Assembly: GCF_009914755.1 (NCBI RefSeq)
Contig: NC_060941.1
Source of the DNA: the human T2T-CHM13v2.0 reference genome, Homo sapiens
DNA length: 64,000 nt
Strand: one strand, 5' to 3'
The position numbers were made by a program, and so were the translations under genes. This document shows positions 1 through 22,190 of this stretch, piece after piece (the stretch's first letter is position 1; every line of letters starts with the position of its first letter). The notes under the pieces are model-generated. The model was not told the DNA's origin. It searched no databases and was given only the letters and a program-made list of their open reading frames with translations.

Positions 1-118
1 TGGAGAAGGAACTGCTCTACATAGAGAAGCTATTATGTGCTGGATAACATACTAAATCCTTTATATCCATTACCTCATTTATTGTTGCTATGAACACATA
101 AAAAGGAAGATATATTAG

Positions 119-674
<556 letters not shown>

Positions 675-1384
675 CCCAATAAGATCAAAAACAGGACAGT
701 GAAAGTTCCAAAAGTTACCAAGTTTATTTATTATGTCCCATATCTCAATGGAGTGTCTAATCATAAAAATGCTAAAATTAACACATATTTTTGTTCTTTA
801 GGATGTTCTAATCTCATATTAATCTGATCAGATTATCATCTAACTCCTCTAAAACAACATGTCTGTCTCTTTTTCTGTACACTTACGACAAGCGTATCAA
901 TAAGCCTAGTGCCTAAGACTAAGGTAAAACAAATAACCATTCTTTGTCTCATAAATAATTCTGGGCAATGACAGCAGAACAAAATAAGTACATCCTATAA
1001 AATCTTCTTCTTGGTGCCTTCTAATTCCCCTGCCTCAGTAAACCCATTTCAGTAGTGCTCTTGATCCCATTACCTCCTTCTGCACCATGCTCCACCCGTT
1101 AATCTTTTTTTAAGAGACAGGGTCTCACTATGTGGCCCCCTATGTGGCCCAGGCTGTTCTCAAACTCCTGGGCTCAAGCAATCCTCCTGTCTCAGCCTCC
1201 CAAAGTGTTGGATTACAGGCTGAGCCACCGCGCCGGGTCTGCAGTTTACAACCGAAAAAAACAAACAAACCTTTCCCAAATCTTCTCTGACCCTTAAGCC
1301 ACTGCCCCACTTTCCCTGTATAGCATATTCCCAGAGTCTAGTATGGTGCCTGGGGTATGTCAGTAAGGATTAATACCTCTCTAG

Positions 1385-1818
<434 letters not shown>

Positions 1819-2119
1819 TGAGGCCTGCTCGCTATTTTATCAATTTCGGAGAGAGCGCATCGATACTGCCTGCATGGAGGCTTTGCTGGGAACTAGAAAT
1901 TCTGAGTCTTCCCCTCCCCAGCAGCCTGTTCCTTTCCTCCAAAGGACGGTTCGCAGAACAGGAACAGAGGGCTCAGCGGCCCCTGGGCGGAAGACAGTTT
2001 ATAAAGGAGAAAATGAAGAAGGTGGGTAATGCAACGAGGTGAAAAGAAACGTTCCTACTGGCGAGAAAATGAATAATGATATTGGTCTCCTTCGCCCTGT
2101 AAGGAGCCAACCAACCTAC

Positions 2120-2200
2120 CTACAGTACCTCCTTTCCTCACTCGCGCCTTCCCTTCTTCTGGGCAGCGAACACGTTTCTATCGCGTGAGCTACCTCTTCC
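2120..2200 (-). other. PTRH2: PTRH2 non-coding first exon (5' end approximate); intron runs leftward out of the window
   Basis: Minus strand reads ...GAAGGCGCGAGTGAGGAAAGGAGGTACTGTAG|GTAGGT (donor at 2119-2114), matching my recollection of the PTRH2 5' UTR; PTRH2 is the known head-to-head partner of VMP1. No PTRH2 CDS in the window. Confidence 0.8.
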
Positions 2201-2384
2201 GGGGTTCCTGGGTGACAAGTTCCGGATCAAGAATCACAAAGCGAGCAGTCATTCTTCCTCTTGCCACACCCACAGGGCCCGCACTAAGAGCCTAACTGAA
2301 ATCCCGCGAGGATCAACCGAGCTCGCCGAAAGGAGGGAGGAACGTATCCCTTCTGGAGGCTGTCTCAGGGGGCAGAGGGACCGG

Positions 2385-2400
2385 ACCGGAAGTGACGTGA
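2385..2400 (+). promoter_or_regulatory. Overlapping ETS + CRE/UPRE-like motif ACCGGAAGTGACGTGA
   Basis: CCGGAAGT (ETS/GABP consensus) overlapping TGACGTGA immediately upstream of the inferred VMP1 start. Confidence 0.65.
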
Positions 2401-2402
2401 GC

Positions 2403-2497
2403 GGGTTCCGGTTGTCTGGAGCCCAGCGGCGGGTGTGAGAGTCCGTAAGGAGCAGCTTCCAGGATCCTGAGATCCGGAGCAGCCGGGGTCGGAGCGG
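2403..2497 (+). other. VMP1: VMP1 exon 1 (non-coding, TSS approximate)
   Basis: Ends ...GGTCGGAGCGG|GTAGGT (consensus donor at 2498); joining to 26179 gives GGAGCGG/CTCCTCAAGAG, as I recall for VMP1 mRNA. Confidence 0.8.
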
Positions 2498-4664
2498 GTA
2501 GGTAAACTAACTCAGGGAATTGGGGACCGAAGCCTGAGGCTGTCCTCAGAGCTTGGCGTCTTCCGGAGCTCTCCCACTTAGGCATTGCGGATCTGGGGCA
2601 CTGTGATTCCGACTTCCAGCAGTGTTTTAGGACGCTGCTGACTGGATGTCTCACCCTGGATGTCTCACGCTGGCGGTAGCCAGGTTATTTGGGACACCTT
2701 CTCATGGTTGGTCACCCGGACATTGAACCCAGACACCGGGCTGTTCGTTCTCCTCTCCGCGTACTTGGAAGCCTTGCTAGGCTTCTTTAGAGAACCTCTT
2801 AGTCCCGGGATGTCCAGGACCTTGGAGTAAGTGGAGAAGGTCTTCCCTGCTGATGACTGAGCTATTTCTCAGGATCTGTCAGTTTGGTTTTTGCTCTCCC
2901 GAACCTCTGGCGCATGATGCTAGATGTATTCGCTCCTAAACGAAATCCAGGCGTGCAAGTGCCATCTAAAGCTCTGGTGGTACAGGGTAGCCAAGGGAAT
3001 GGGCCTTCGCTCCGCAGAGCCCTTGGAGAGGAACTTCTCAGATTTTTCACTGCTTTAATGAAAAAGAGTTGTCTGCCTTTCCAAACCCCTGAACCCCGAC
3101 CTCTATATCTTATTACAGTGGAGGTATTTGCAGTAAAACGTGAAGGTCGACTTAATCTCTAAAATTCCAGAAACCATATGTGGCCCTGTGTCACACTGCT
3201 AGATTACTTATGACCTCCAGAAGATTTTACACAATCATCTTTTATTTACCTGCAACTCCATGTAAAAATCTAATAATACACGTAGACTGGCCACTGTTGA
3301 TGTGTTTTGGCAGCATCGCTCCTTATCCTAATGTTAACGTCTTTCATTTCTACTTTGGGGCTTGTCAGAGATTTTTGTGGACAGATTACATTGATCATTT
3401 GAAGAAGCTTGTACAAGTGTTTCTGGTGTTGTCATGATAGAATTTAATATTCCAGTTGCTACTACCTAGTAATTGTATTGTCATTAGCTCTGATTTTAGT
3501 TGTGTATTCTTAGCATAGATGATGAAAGGAAGAAACTTACTTACTAGGCATCATTGTATGCATTGTAGCTTATGTTTTTACTGTGGAAGAGGGATGGTGG
3601 TACCTAGACAAATGTGACTGATTTGTGTAGGTATGAAGTGACTCTCTCGAGTAGAAATTTTATATTTTACTACTTTGCCTACATTATCTTAAGGCACTGA
3701 AGGTTACTTTTTTCCTTTGAGGGATATATCCTACTTGATTACAATTGATTAATACAGTTTAATTTCTATGAGTCACATTCCAGAAGAAAATATACATAGA
3801 ACCATGATGCCTTTTACCAGTTTACCTATAGCTAGTTAAATCAGTTTGTCAGTTTACATATTTTTCTTATTTTGAGTTTGAAAATTTGTTCACGCTTGGC
3901 TTTGAAACAAGGTGACAAAATTTGAGATATGGAATTATGATAGATGTATCATTAGTTTAACATTCGGTAAATTTGCTTCTTGATTATATAACTGCCAAAT
4001 CTGATCTTATCTTCTTTATGTTCAATTGAAGGACTGATTATCCAGTTTTTCTCACTTTTCCAACTTCTCGCTTTTGGCTTGAATCACCACTTTTTAGGAT
4101 TTTGGTAACTATTAAACTTTAAATCAGAAGACCTGGATTGAAGTCTGGGCTCCAACACTTGTTAAGTAATGGCTGATAGGTTACCTAACATTCTGAGCTG
4201 GTCTAGATTGTGTTGATAAAAATTCTGCTCACTTTCTTTCATACAACTGTCACAAAGATTAAATGAGCTAGTAAACATGAAATTATTAAATATGAAAATA
4301 TGGTATCACTTTACTCTTAGAACTGGAGATATGTCAGTGTAGAATACTGTTACTTTGCATCATTATCTGAAAATATTATCACATACTTTTCTGAGATGAT
4401 CTTTGCCCCACCTTTGAAAGTTAGCAAAGAATAGTTTGATACCGTGATCCATTGAATTAGTCACCATGGTTAATAAATAGGTTCCTGGAAAATGAGTATA
4501 GTTTTGCATTCGGGAGTTTAAATCTGATCCTTTTTGGTCGTCATGTATTGTCACTTCAGAACTTCCAAGTGCAGAAAAAGCTGAAGTTTTTTGCCTACGT
4601 ATAGTTAACTAAAGAGTAGAAGTAGTCCTATCTTACTTACATTAAATAAGAAACCTTATTATTG

Positions 4665-5046
<382 letters not shown>

Positions 5047-5491
5047 TTAAGGCTCAGAAACAATCAGTAATTAGTAATTGGCTTGCTTGAGGTCATCTGG
5101 CTTAGGTAGTGCTAGAACCTGAACTGTAAGGTCTCAAGTGTTCTTTCTGTTCTAACAAGGTTGTATCCAGGCATCTTATTATGGTTTGGTAATATTTCCA
5201 AGTTCACATGAAAATAATTACTCTTAGGTATTAAAGGGATCTATCCACATACACACGTAAATACACACATACGCACATAAGCCTTATTTACAAACTTTTT
5301 TTCCCTCTTTAGCTAGTTTAGTCTTATAAATTGTAGCATAACAAAAACTGTGCTTGGCTAGATTTGAAGTGTAATAGATTAAGGAAAGAAAATCAGTTAT
5401 ATTCTTCAGAATAGTTTGTCTGAGTTCATGCTTCATGACTGTCATGTGTTGAGTTATCTTTCTGGCAAGTGGAAATGACGGAGGAGCCTTA

Positions 5492-5917
<426 letters not shown>

Positions 5918-6689
5918 TTAATATTTTGTTATGTTAATTATCTATTATATATAGAGCCATTTCTCTAGTTATTTTATTCTGGGTAAATAGCCATTGTAGA
6001 AGAGTTAATTCTTTGCATTGTTGGGTACTCTTTTTTTTTGGTTCCATTGATTTAACAAACTTTTTAGTCTCTTTAGTCTTTCTCGGAGATGATAGTTCTA
6101 GGTGCTACTGTCATTCCTGTTTTTGCCCAAGTGCCCTTGCTGTGTCTCCCATTTTGGTGTGGAAATGATTAGATTAGAGAATCCTAATAAACAGGACAAA
6201 TTGAAGTGATAACTTTGTCGTGGTTTTGTAAATTGTTACTCTGCTTTCACAAAGCCTTGCAAATATTTTGAGGAATAGTAAATTGCTAAGAGCATATTGC
6301 CTCAAGAAATTCCTTATTTTATATGGGAAAGCAGCTTTGGATGGAGTTTGCTGAACTGAAGTTAGGTATTATGTAGGCCCTTATATAAAGCTTATTTTAA
6401 AATATGCTCCTTGATTTGCAGCATCAAGGAAATTTGAACAGGAGATAATTTTCTGTGTCAGATAAAAGGTGATACTTAAAGTTTAAGGCATATTTAAATT
6501 AAGCAAGGGCAATCTATTGAGTAATTATATCACAGCTAATATACCTATAATTGCTCAAGAGTTTGTTTGTATTCTTGAACTACTTAATCTTTTCAGTAGT
6601 TCATGGGAGTATTTTCTCTTGTCCTTGAGTTTTTTAATGATAACTTTGTTCTTTATAGATTACCTGGAAGGACTAGGCAGGTAGTGTTA

Positions 6690-6885
6690 AAAGCCAGGGC
6701 TATAAAGCTAGACTGCTTTTTTTCAAATTCTAGCTCTATTACTATGCAACTCTTGGATTAGTTACTTTTTACTTCTTGCTATCTCAGTTTCCTCCTGGAC
6801 AATGAAGTCAATACCCTTCTTGTTAGGATTGAATGAATAGGTTTAAATAAAGCATTTAGAACAGTGTCTGTAGCATATAGTTAAC
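6690..6885 (+). mobile_element. MIR
   Basis: CTCAGTTTCCTC core and MIR-like 5'/3' sequence, diverged. Confidence 0.6.
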
Positions 6886-7254
6886 CATGATTGTGATCAT
6901 TATCATCATGTGGCCCCCTAAGCTATTGCCAAGAACTCTTTCCCAGCCCTCTTTTAAAAGCATAGCTTTATGTTGCTGCTTACTTAATTATTGTTTGCTC
7001 ATTATTAATGAAGTTCCAGTAAATAAATATCTGAGTATACACTTCACTTTGTCTATATTTTACAACATATGTGAGATTCTTAACCAAATGAGGCATTCTT
7101 TTGGGCCATTCTGTTAACTTTTTGGTATTAACAGACTACATTATCTGTGTAAGCCATAACACAGAATTTGGCAATTGAAACTTTTGATGTTTCATGATGT
7201 CTTTTAGCACTTTCTTGGAATGGAAAGATCATTTTCCAGTGACATCTATTGCCT

Positions 7255-9232
<1,978 letters not shown>

Positions 9233-9978
9233 TAGGAGTGTTTGAAAGAAGAAAGGTCAGATACACAAAACTAATAAAAGTGGTTACATCTAGCAGGGAG
9301 AGTGGGGAGCAAGGTTTTTCACCTTTTTCAAATGTATATATATAATTATTTTAAAGCACATGAAAGTTGTTCTTGCGTTTTTGTTTTTGTTTTTGGTGGG
9401 GGGTGGGGGCGGTGCGGGGAGAGGGCTTTGAGCCAGGATCTCTGTCACCCAGGCTAGATTGTTAGATTGCAGTGGCACGATCACAGCTCTCTGCAACCTT
9501 GACCTCCTAGGCTCAAGCAATCCTCCCACCTCAGCCCCCTGAGTACCTGGGACCACAGATACCATGAGGTGCATGCCACCACACAGGAGTAATTTTTTAA
9601 TTTTTTTGGTAGGGATGGGGTCTTGTTATGTTGCCCAGGCTGGTCTTGAACTCTGGCACTCAAGTGATCCTCTCACCTTGGCATCCCAATGTGCTGGGAT
9701 TACAAGCATGAACCGCTGTGCCTGGCCTATTTCTGTATTCTCTATTCTTTTCCATTGGCTTCTAACTATCCTTTTACCAATATCACACTGTCATGATTAC
9801 TGTAGATTTATAGTAATTGTTGACATCAGTTAGTGCAAGTCCTTCAACTTTGTTCTTTATCCCAATTGTTTTCGCTACTCTAAGTTTTTGCATTTCTATA
9901 AATATTTGAATTGCTTTTTTTATAAAGCTTGCTTGAATTTGATTGATCTTCATTAAGGCTATACATCACTTTGAGGGA

Positions 9979-10347
9979 TTTATTAGTGTGTTTTCACACT
10001 GCTATAAAGGTACTACCTGAGACTGGGTAATTTATAAAGGAGAGAGGTTTAATTGACTCACAGTTCTGTATGGCTGAGAAGGCCTCAGGAAACTTACAAT
10101 CATGGTGGTAGGGGAAACAGGAACCTTCTTCACAAGGCAGCAGAAGAGAAAATAGTGTGAAGGAGGAATTGTCAAACACATAACCATCAGATCTCGTGAG
10201 AACTCACTCACTATCATGAGAACAGCATGGGGGAAACGGCCCCCATGATCCAATCACCTCCCTCCCTCAACATGTGGGGATTACAGGACCCTCCCTGGAC
10301 ACATCGGGATTACAGTTTAGGTGGGGACACAGAGCCAAACCGTTTCA
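9979..10347 (-). mobile_element. MaLR solo LTR (THE1-like)
   Basis: GAGACTGGGTAATTTATAAAGG..GGTTTAATTGACTCACAGTTC..GGCCTCAGGAAACTTACAATCATGG..GGGGACACAGAGCCAAACC. Confidence 0.88.
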
Positions 10348-10903
10348 GGGGAAATTGACATAGTAACAATATCAAGTCTTCCAAACAATCAACAAAACAT
10401 GCTAATCATTTATTTAGGCTCTGTATAATTTATTTTCTTTCTTTATTTCGTTTTAGATTTTGCTTATATTTTGTTAAATTTGTCTCTAAATATTTTATAT
10501 TTTCAGATGTTACTGAATCTGAAATTTTAAAAAATTATTCCAAGTATGTAATAGTCCAATTTTTATTCCAAGTATATGGTGGAAAGTATTAGTTTTGATC
10601 TTTTATCCTGTGACCTTGCTAAATTCACTTTGTTCTAGTAGTTCTGAGCATTTAAAATTTTTCTTTTATTTTGGCCTGTGTTATTTAGGACTGTGTGCAT
10701 TAACTTCTAACTACCTAGAAAATTTTTTATTTTTTTTTTGTACTAAAGGTTGACATAATTTCTGGCTTATCAGAGATTGTCATTTATAATGCCCATTCTT
10801 AGCAATTTTTTGAGACTTGTTTCTTAGCTTATTCATAAGTGTGGCTCATGAAAAAGTTCAGTATCCCTACAGTGGTGTTGCTTTAGAGTAGAAAGAATAG
10901 AGG

Positions 10904-11339
10904 ATATAAATGTCAGAGCAAGTGTTCACCCAGACTTTTCCAAGTCCAAATTCGGTAGTTCTTCTACTTTAGTGTACACAACAGTCCAGTGAGAGTATTT
11001 TCACCCCAGTTATACAAGTGCAAATGCCCCAGGTATTTAGGGACAGTAAAGTAGGGAGTTTCAGATAGTTTCATAGATACTACGTGAGTTTCGTAGATAC
11101 TTTAAGTACTAAGAATCAATAGGGATGAGTGTTCTGTTAATTCTAGTAATGGGGAACATTTGAAAATACTAGGACAAGCTAAACTTCTGGGACTGTTTTT
11201 TCATCTTGTGTGTATATGTGACTCTGGAATTCCTCAGTGACCACTGAAAATCCTCTCACTGGACTGTTTTGTATAGTAGAAGAACTATTGAATTTGGACT
11301 TGGAAAAGCGAGGTTGAACTCCTGCTTTGACATTTATAT
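10904..11339. repeat. Non-Alu inverted repeat: arms 10904-11003 and 11245-11339
   Basis: By-hand alignment: 84/95 identities plus one 5-nt indel between the left arm and the reverse complement of the right arm. Confidence 0.92.
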
Positions 11340-11445
11340 GCTGCCGACTTGCTATTTGGGGCCCTTGGAGCACTCAGTTTCTCATTTGCTAAAAGCAAGG
11401 ATAAAAATAACAGTCCCTTACAGATGGCTGTTAGCATTATGTTTG
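11272..11445 (+). mobile_element. MIR (diverged)
   Basis: AGTAGAAGAAC..TTTGGAC..GGTTGAACTCCTGCTTTGAC..CTCAGTTTCTCATTTG..GGATAAAAATAACAGT. Confidence 0.55.
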
Positions 11446-11649
11446 TTAACCTATTTTTAAACTATAAATCACTATACAAAAGTAGTTGTTATTACATACA
11501 TCCAAAACTCTACCCTTGTGCTAGTTGGAATTTTTTTTTTACAACTAGAAAGGAAATTATTGCACTCATTTACTCCATGTGACTAATAACTGAATGAGGA
11601 AAAAGAGAATCAGGCATGTGAAGTGACAATGCCAAGGTCTCACTCTTAG

Positions 11650-13581
<1,932 letters not shown>

Positions 13582-15438
13582 CTCCCCAAGACCTTAGAAA
13601 GTTGAAAAAAATTCAAGAATTTTTTTTCATATATCCCCATTCACATTATTATGAATTTTCAGAGTACACATTCTTTAACTGGAACAACCACATGATAGAT
13701 ATACCACAGATAGACATATCAGATGACACTCTGATATGTCTGATAGTTACTCTGATATTGTGCATTTTATTTGAATTATCTTTGGCCTTATACCCCTGCA
13801 CAAGTGGAAAACTATATCAAAGCCTCGTTTGTCAAGATATATTACTCAGATTAGTTATTTTGTTTCCAAGAGTAGATCACAATTCCTTAATCTTAACAGT
13901 TTTAGGGAAATCTACAGCTATTTTGGAGTAGTCTAATCCAATTAAGAAAAGATACTTCTGGAGGTTGAGGCCAGAGCATCGCTTGAGCCCAAGAGTTCCA
14001 GCCTGTGGTGACCTGTGACCATGCTACTGCACTCTAGCCTGAGTGACAGAGGAAGACCCTGTCACAAACAAACAAACAAACAAACAAACAAATAGATACT
14101 TCTGAAAGCAAGAAAGGTTACTGAGAAGCATAATACTTATTGGCTATCTTTGTGTGCCTTGTATGAAGAACAATGTGTTTTATTGAGCACACTGACATAA
14201 TTTTTTTTTGAGAAAGTAAAATTCATCTGGATAGATGATTTTTTTTTTTAAAGAAAGTATGTTCGTTTTATTTTGGGATGATGTTGCCAAGAAAATGAAA
14301 ATCAATGGTTTTGTTACTCTCACTTTCTTTTCCTTTTCTACCTTGTTAACTGTTCCAATAACTCTTATGTTACTCAGGGAGATGCTTTTATCATGTTATC
14401 CATAAATGTTTTTTGTTTTGCTTGGTGGGGGACTCTCAGTAATTTACTTGCACATTGTTTCTGTATTACAAGTGTGACTAATGTTTAAAATGAATGGAGT
14501 ATTATAGTCTTAGCACTGGATATACAGCCTACAAAGAACCTTTGTGAGCTGATTTTTGCAGTGTTTTCTAAGCACTTCTGCAGGAAACAAATAAAAAAAA
14601 CCCCACATTTAATGTTAACTCTGTTTTAAATGCTTCAGCTGCAGTTAAGGTCTGTTACACTCTTTTAATGCATTTCTTGTATCTATATAAGTGTTCAAAA
14701 TGAAAATTATTTGATGTTTGAGTTATGCTTCTGCCCGGTTTGTGTTCTCAACCCCATCCACAGACCTATAAGATTTGTTTCAGCAACCTCATTCTTACAA
14801 ACAAAACTAACTTACATACGTGCACTCGGTGCAAAGTAGATGCCATTGAAGGTCAAGAATATGTGTTAGATTTCTGTTTGAGGACATTTCAACATTTTAA
14901 ACAGACTAGGAATACTTGGATTTACTCCTACATCTAGGAATCTCACTGACATTGTATCATCACAGATTTCAAAAATTATTGCTACTTTATTGAATTTTGA
15001 AAAGTGGCTCTCATTAAAAATGATTATTTCATCTTACTTTAGCTATGTGGATAGACTAGAACCCTTTTACCTCATAATAATTTTTGACGGATTGTCCTTG
15101 TCTTACATTTCAAGATGTTTAGATTGATGAATAATAATTCATTTTTGTTATTCAACATAAACTAAGATTGTTCTAAATCTGTGGCTACTTCTGTTATGTA
15201 GGCTATGGAAACCAGTTACATAGGCTTTTGTATAGCATACTAATATGGAAAGGAAGTACCTGTAAGTGAATACTCAGGGCAGCATTTACCATGATTTTTT
15301 TGGAAAATTGTGACATTTGAGAAGCATGGAGATTGATGGGTATGATACTGCATTTAAAAATATTAAACAGCATGGAGAAACTAACATTAAGCGACTGCTA
15401 TGTGCCAGTCACTGTGTAGTGCACTTATATATTATTTA

Positions 15439-16505
<1,067 letters not shown>

Positions 16506-16546
16506 AATTCTGCAATCTGGATACCCTTATTTATACTAATCAACAT

Positions 16547-16949
16547 TGTATTGCTCTGCCAGGGTTGTCATAACAGAATACCACAGACAAAACATGGCGA
16601 AACCCCATCTATGTTTAAACAACAGAAATTGTTTTTCTCCCAGTTTTGTAGGCTGCAAGTCCAAGATCAAGGTGCCAGCAGGGTTTATTTCTGGTGAGGA
16701 CTCTCTTCCTGGCTTACAGACAGCCACCTTCTCTCTGTGTCCTTACATAGTCTTTCCTCTGTGTCCAGGTAGAAGAGAAAGCTGTCTGGTACTTCTTCCA
16801 ATAAGGACGTGAGTCCTTATTAGAGTACCACCCTTATTACCTCATTTAACTTTAATTACCTTCTTAAAGGCAGTATCTCCAAATTATAGTCACATGAGTG
16901 TTAGGACTTCACCATATGAATTTGGGGGGGCACAATTCAGCCCATTACA
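16547..16949 (-). mobile_element. MaLR solo LTR (MLT1-like)
   Basis: CATAACAGAATACCACAGAC..AAGTCCAAGATCAAGGTGCCAGCAGGG..ACCTCATTTAACTTTAATTACC..GCACAATTCAGCCCATTACA. Confidence 0.8.
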
Positions 16950-17314
16950 AGCATATACTCTCCTTATAGCTAATCAGCATGAGAAGTCAGATTATAAACA
17001 AAATACTATTTGGGAGCATGAACTCAAAGGTGGATGGTAAGATGATCAAAGCCGTTGGTAATCATGATGCTGTGTGCCCCAGTAGATAGGAGATTTATAT
17101 AGGCTAACTTCTGCTGCACTGTGCTGGAGATAGACTTTCTATTTTGTTTTGTTGAACTTCTCTTTTATCATAAAACCAGTCCCCTTAAATTATTTTTTTC
17201 AGGCAGTTTAGTTAATAATTTTATGGTTATGAGCCCAGCCTAATAATGCCCCCCAGTGTAACATAAAAAACGTACAGCAACCTGTACTCCCAATTTGATT
17301 AGATTTGAGTCTTA

Positions 17315-19940
<2,626 letters not shown>

Positions 19941-21029
19941 GGCACATAATGGACCGTTGGTATATATTTGTTGAATTAAGAATTTGAAGTGGCTTTGTAA
20001 TTGTGTGATTTTCTTCAGTTATGTTCAGCTTCTTAGACAGATCATAAGAATGCAGATGATTCTGGAGGCACTGCAGTTTTACAAAGTTTTACAGTACGTA
20101 TGATTGGGGGAAGAAGAGGCAAAGTGAGGATGTTTTCAAGGGAATTTTGAAAGGCAAGGAAAAATGTTAAATCCTTTAGAAAATGGTTAAAATGCAGAAA
20201 AGCTTTGAAGTTTTTATAAGCTTAACTATTAAAACACTAGTGGGTCTTTTATTTTGGCTGTTTCATACTTGGGATGGTTTTAAATCATGCTAAATGGTCA
20301 AAATGCCAAAAAAAAAAAAAAAAAGGGTTTTGATGCTTTTATAAGCTTAACTGTTTAGAACCTCAGTGGCTCTCTTGTTTGGCCTTATGCTATATTTCCT
20401 TCTTTTGGGAATGGCAAGAAGGTTTTGAAAAGTTGTTTTTTAAACTGCAAATTTATTTTGTTTATGAAGAAATAGACTGATGAAAATAACTTAGTTCCCT
20501 GGGTTATTTCTTACAAAACAAAATTTCAGACTATTATGTTTTCCAGAGAGAATTTTGGAGAAGGAAATGTCAGTATGCTGTTCTTTTTTAGCACGTTGTG
20601 TAAGAGCACATTATTTGCTCAAATGAAAACCCCTGTTGCAATAGCTTAAAAACAAAACCTTCAAATAATTGTGCAATACCATTGTTATAAGTACGCACTC
20701 ATAGACCCAAAATGTTTTGGGTAAAACAATGACACTATGGGAAAGAGTAAATAGGGGCAAATGAGTTCAATTATCAGTGTTTTGTAGGAGAAAGGTTTTA
20801 GAATGTTATTTATAAGGCAAACCTTTTTGTGCCCTGTTTATCTTTTCATCACAAATTAAATAAATTTTACTTACTGTGATAGAGATGAATGGCTGGCTTT
20901 AAAATATCTTAAATATCCTTAAATATCTTATTTGTAAATATTTATCATATATTTAGATATTTACAAATGTTTAAATATCTTCAAAATATTTTTTAAAAGA
21001 TATTGCCTATAGGATTTGGCTGAATATGA

Positions 21030-22190
<1,161 letters not shown>

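Larger units (their letters stand above)
2120..2780. promoter_or_regulatory. CpG-rich bidirectional promoter of PTRH2/VMP1
   Basis: GC/CpG-rich island in an AT-rich, CpG-poor background; two divergent first-exon donors ~380 bp apart; several ETS cores (CTTCCGG 2196-2202, TTCCGG 2221-2226, ACCGGAAGT 2385-2393, TTCCGG 2406-2411). Confidence 0.88.

Noticed and set aside
2313-3162. Non-Alu ORFs near the promoter (113 aa on -, 92 aa on +)
   Set aside because: Open frames are expected in GC-rich DNA; no recognisable domain or splice support.
9398-9425. G-quadruplex motif
   Set aside because: Four G-runs are present but it is a simple expansion in an Alu tail with no other support.
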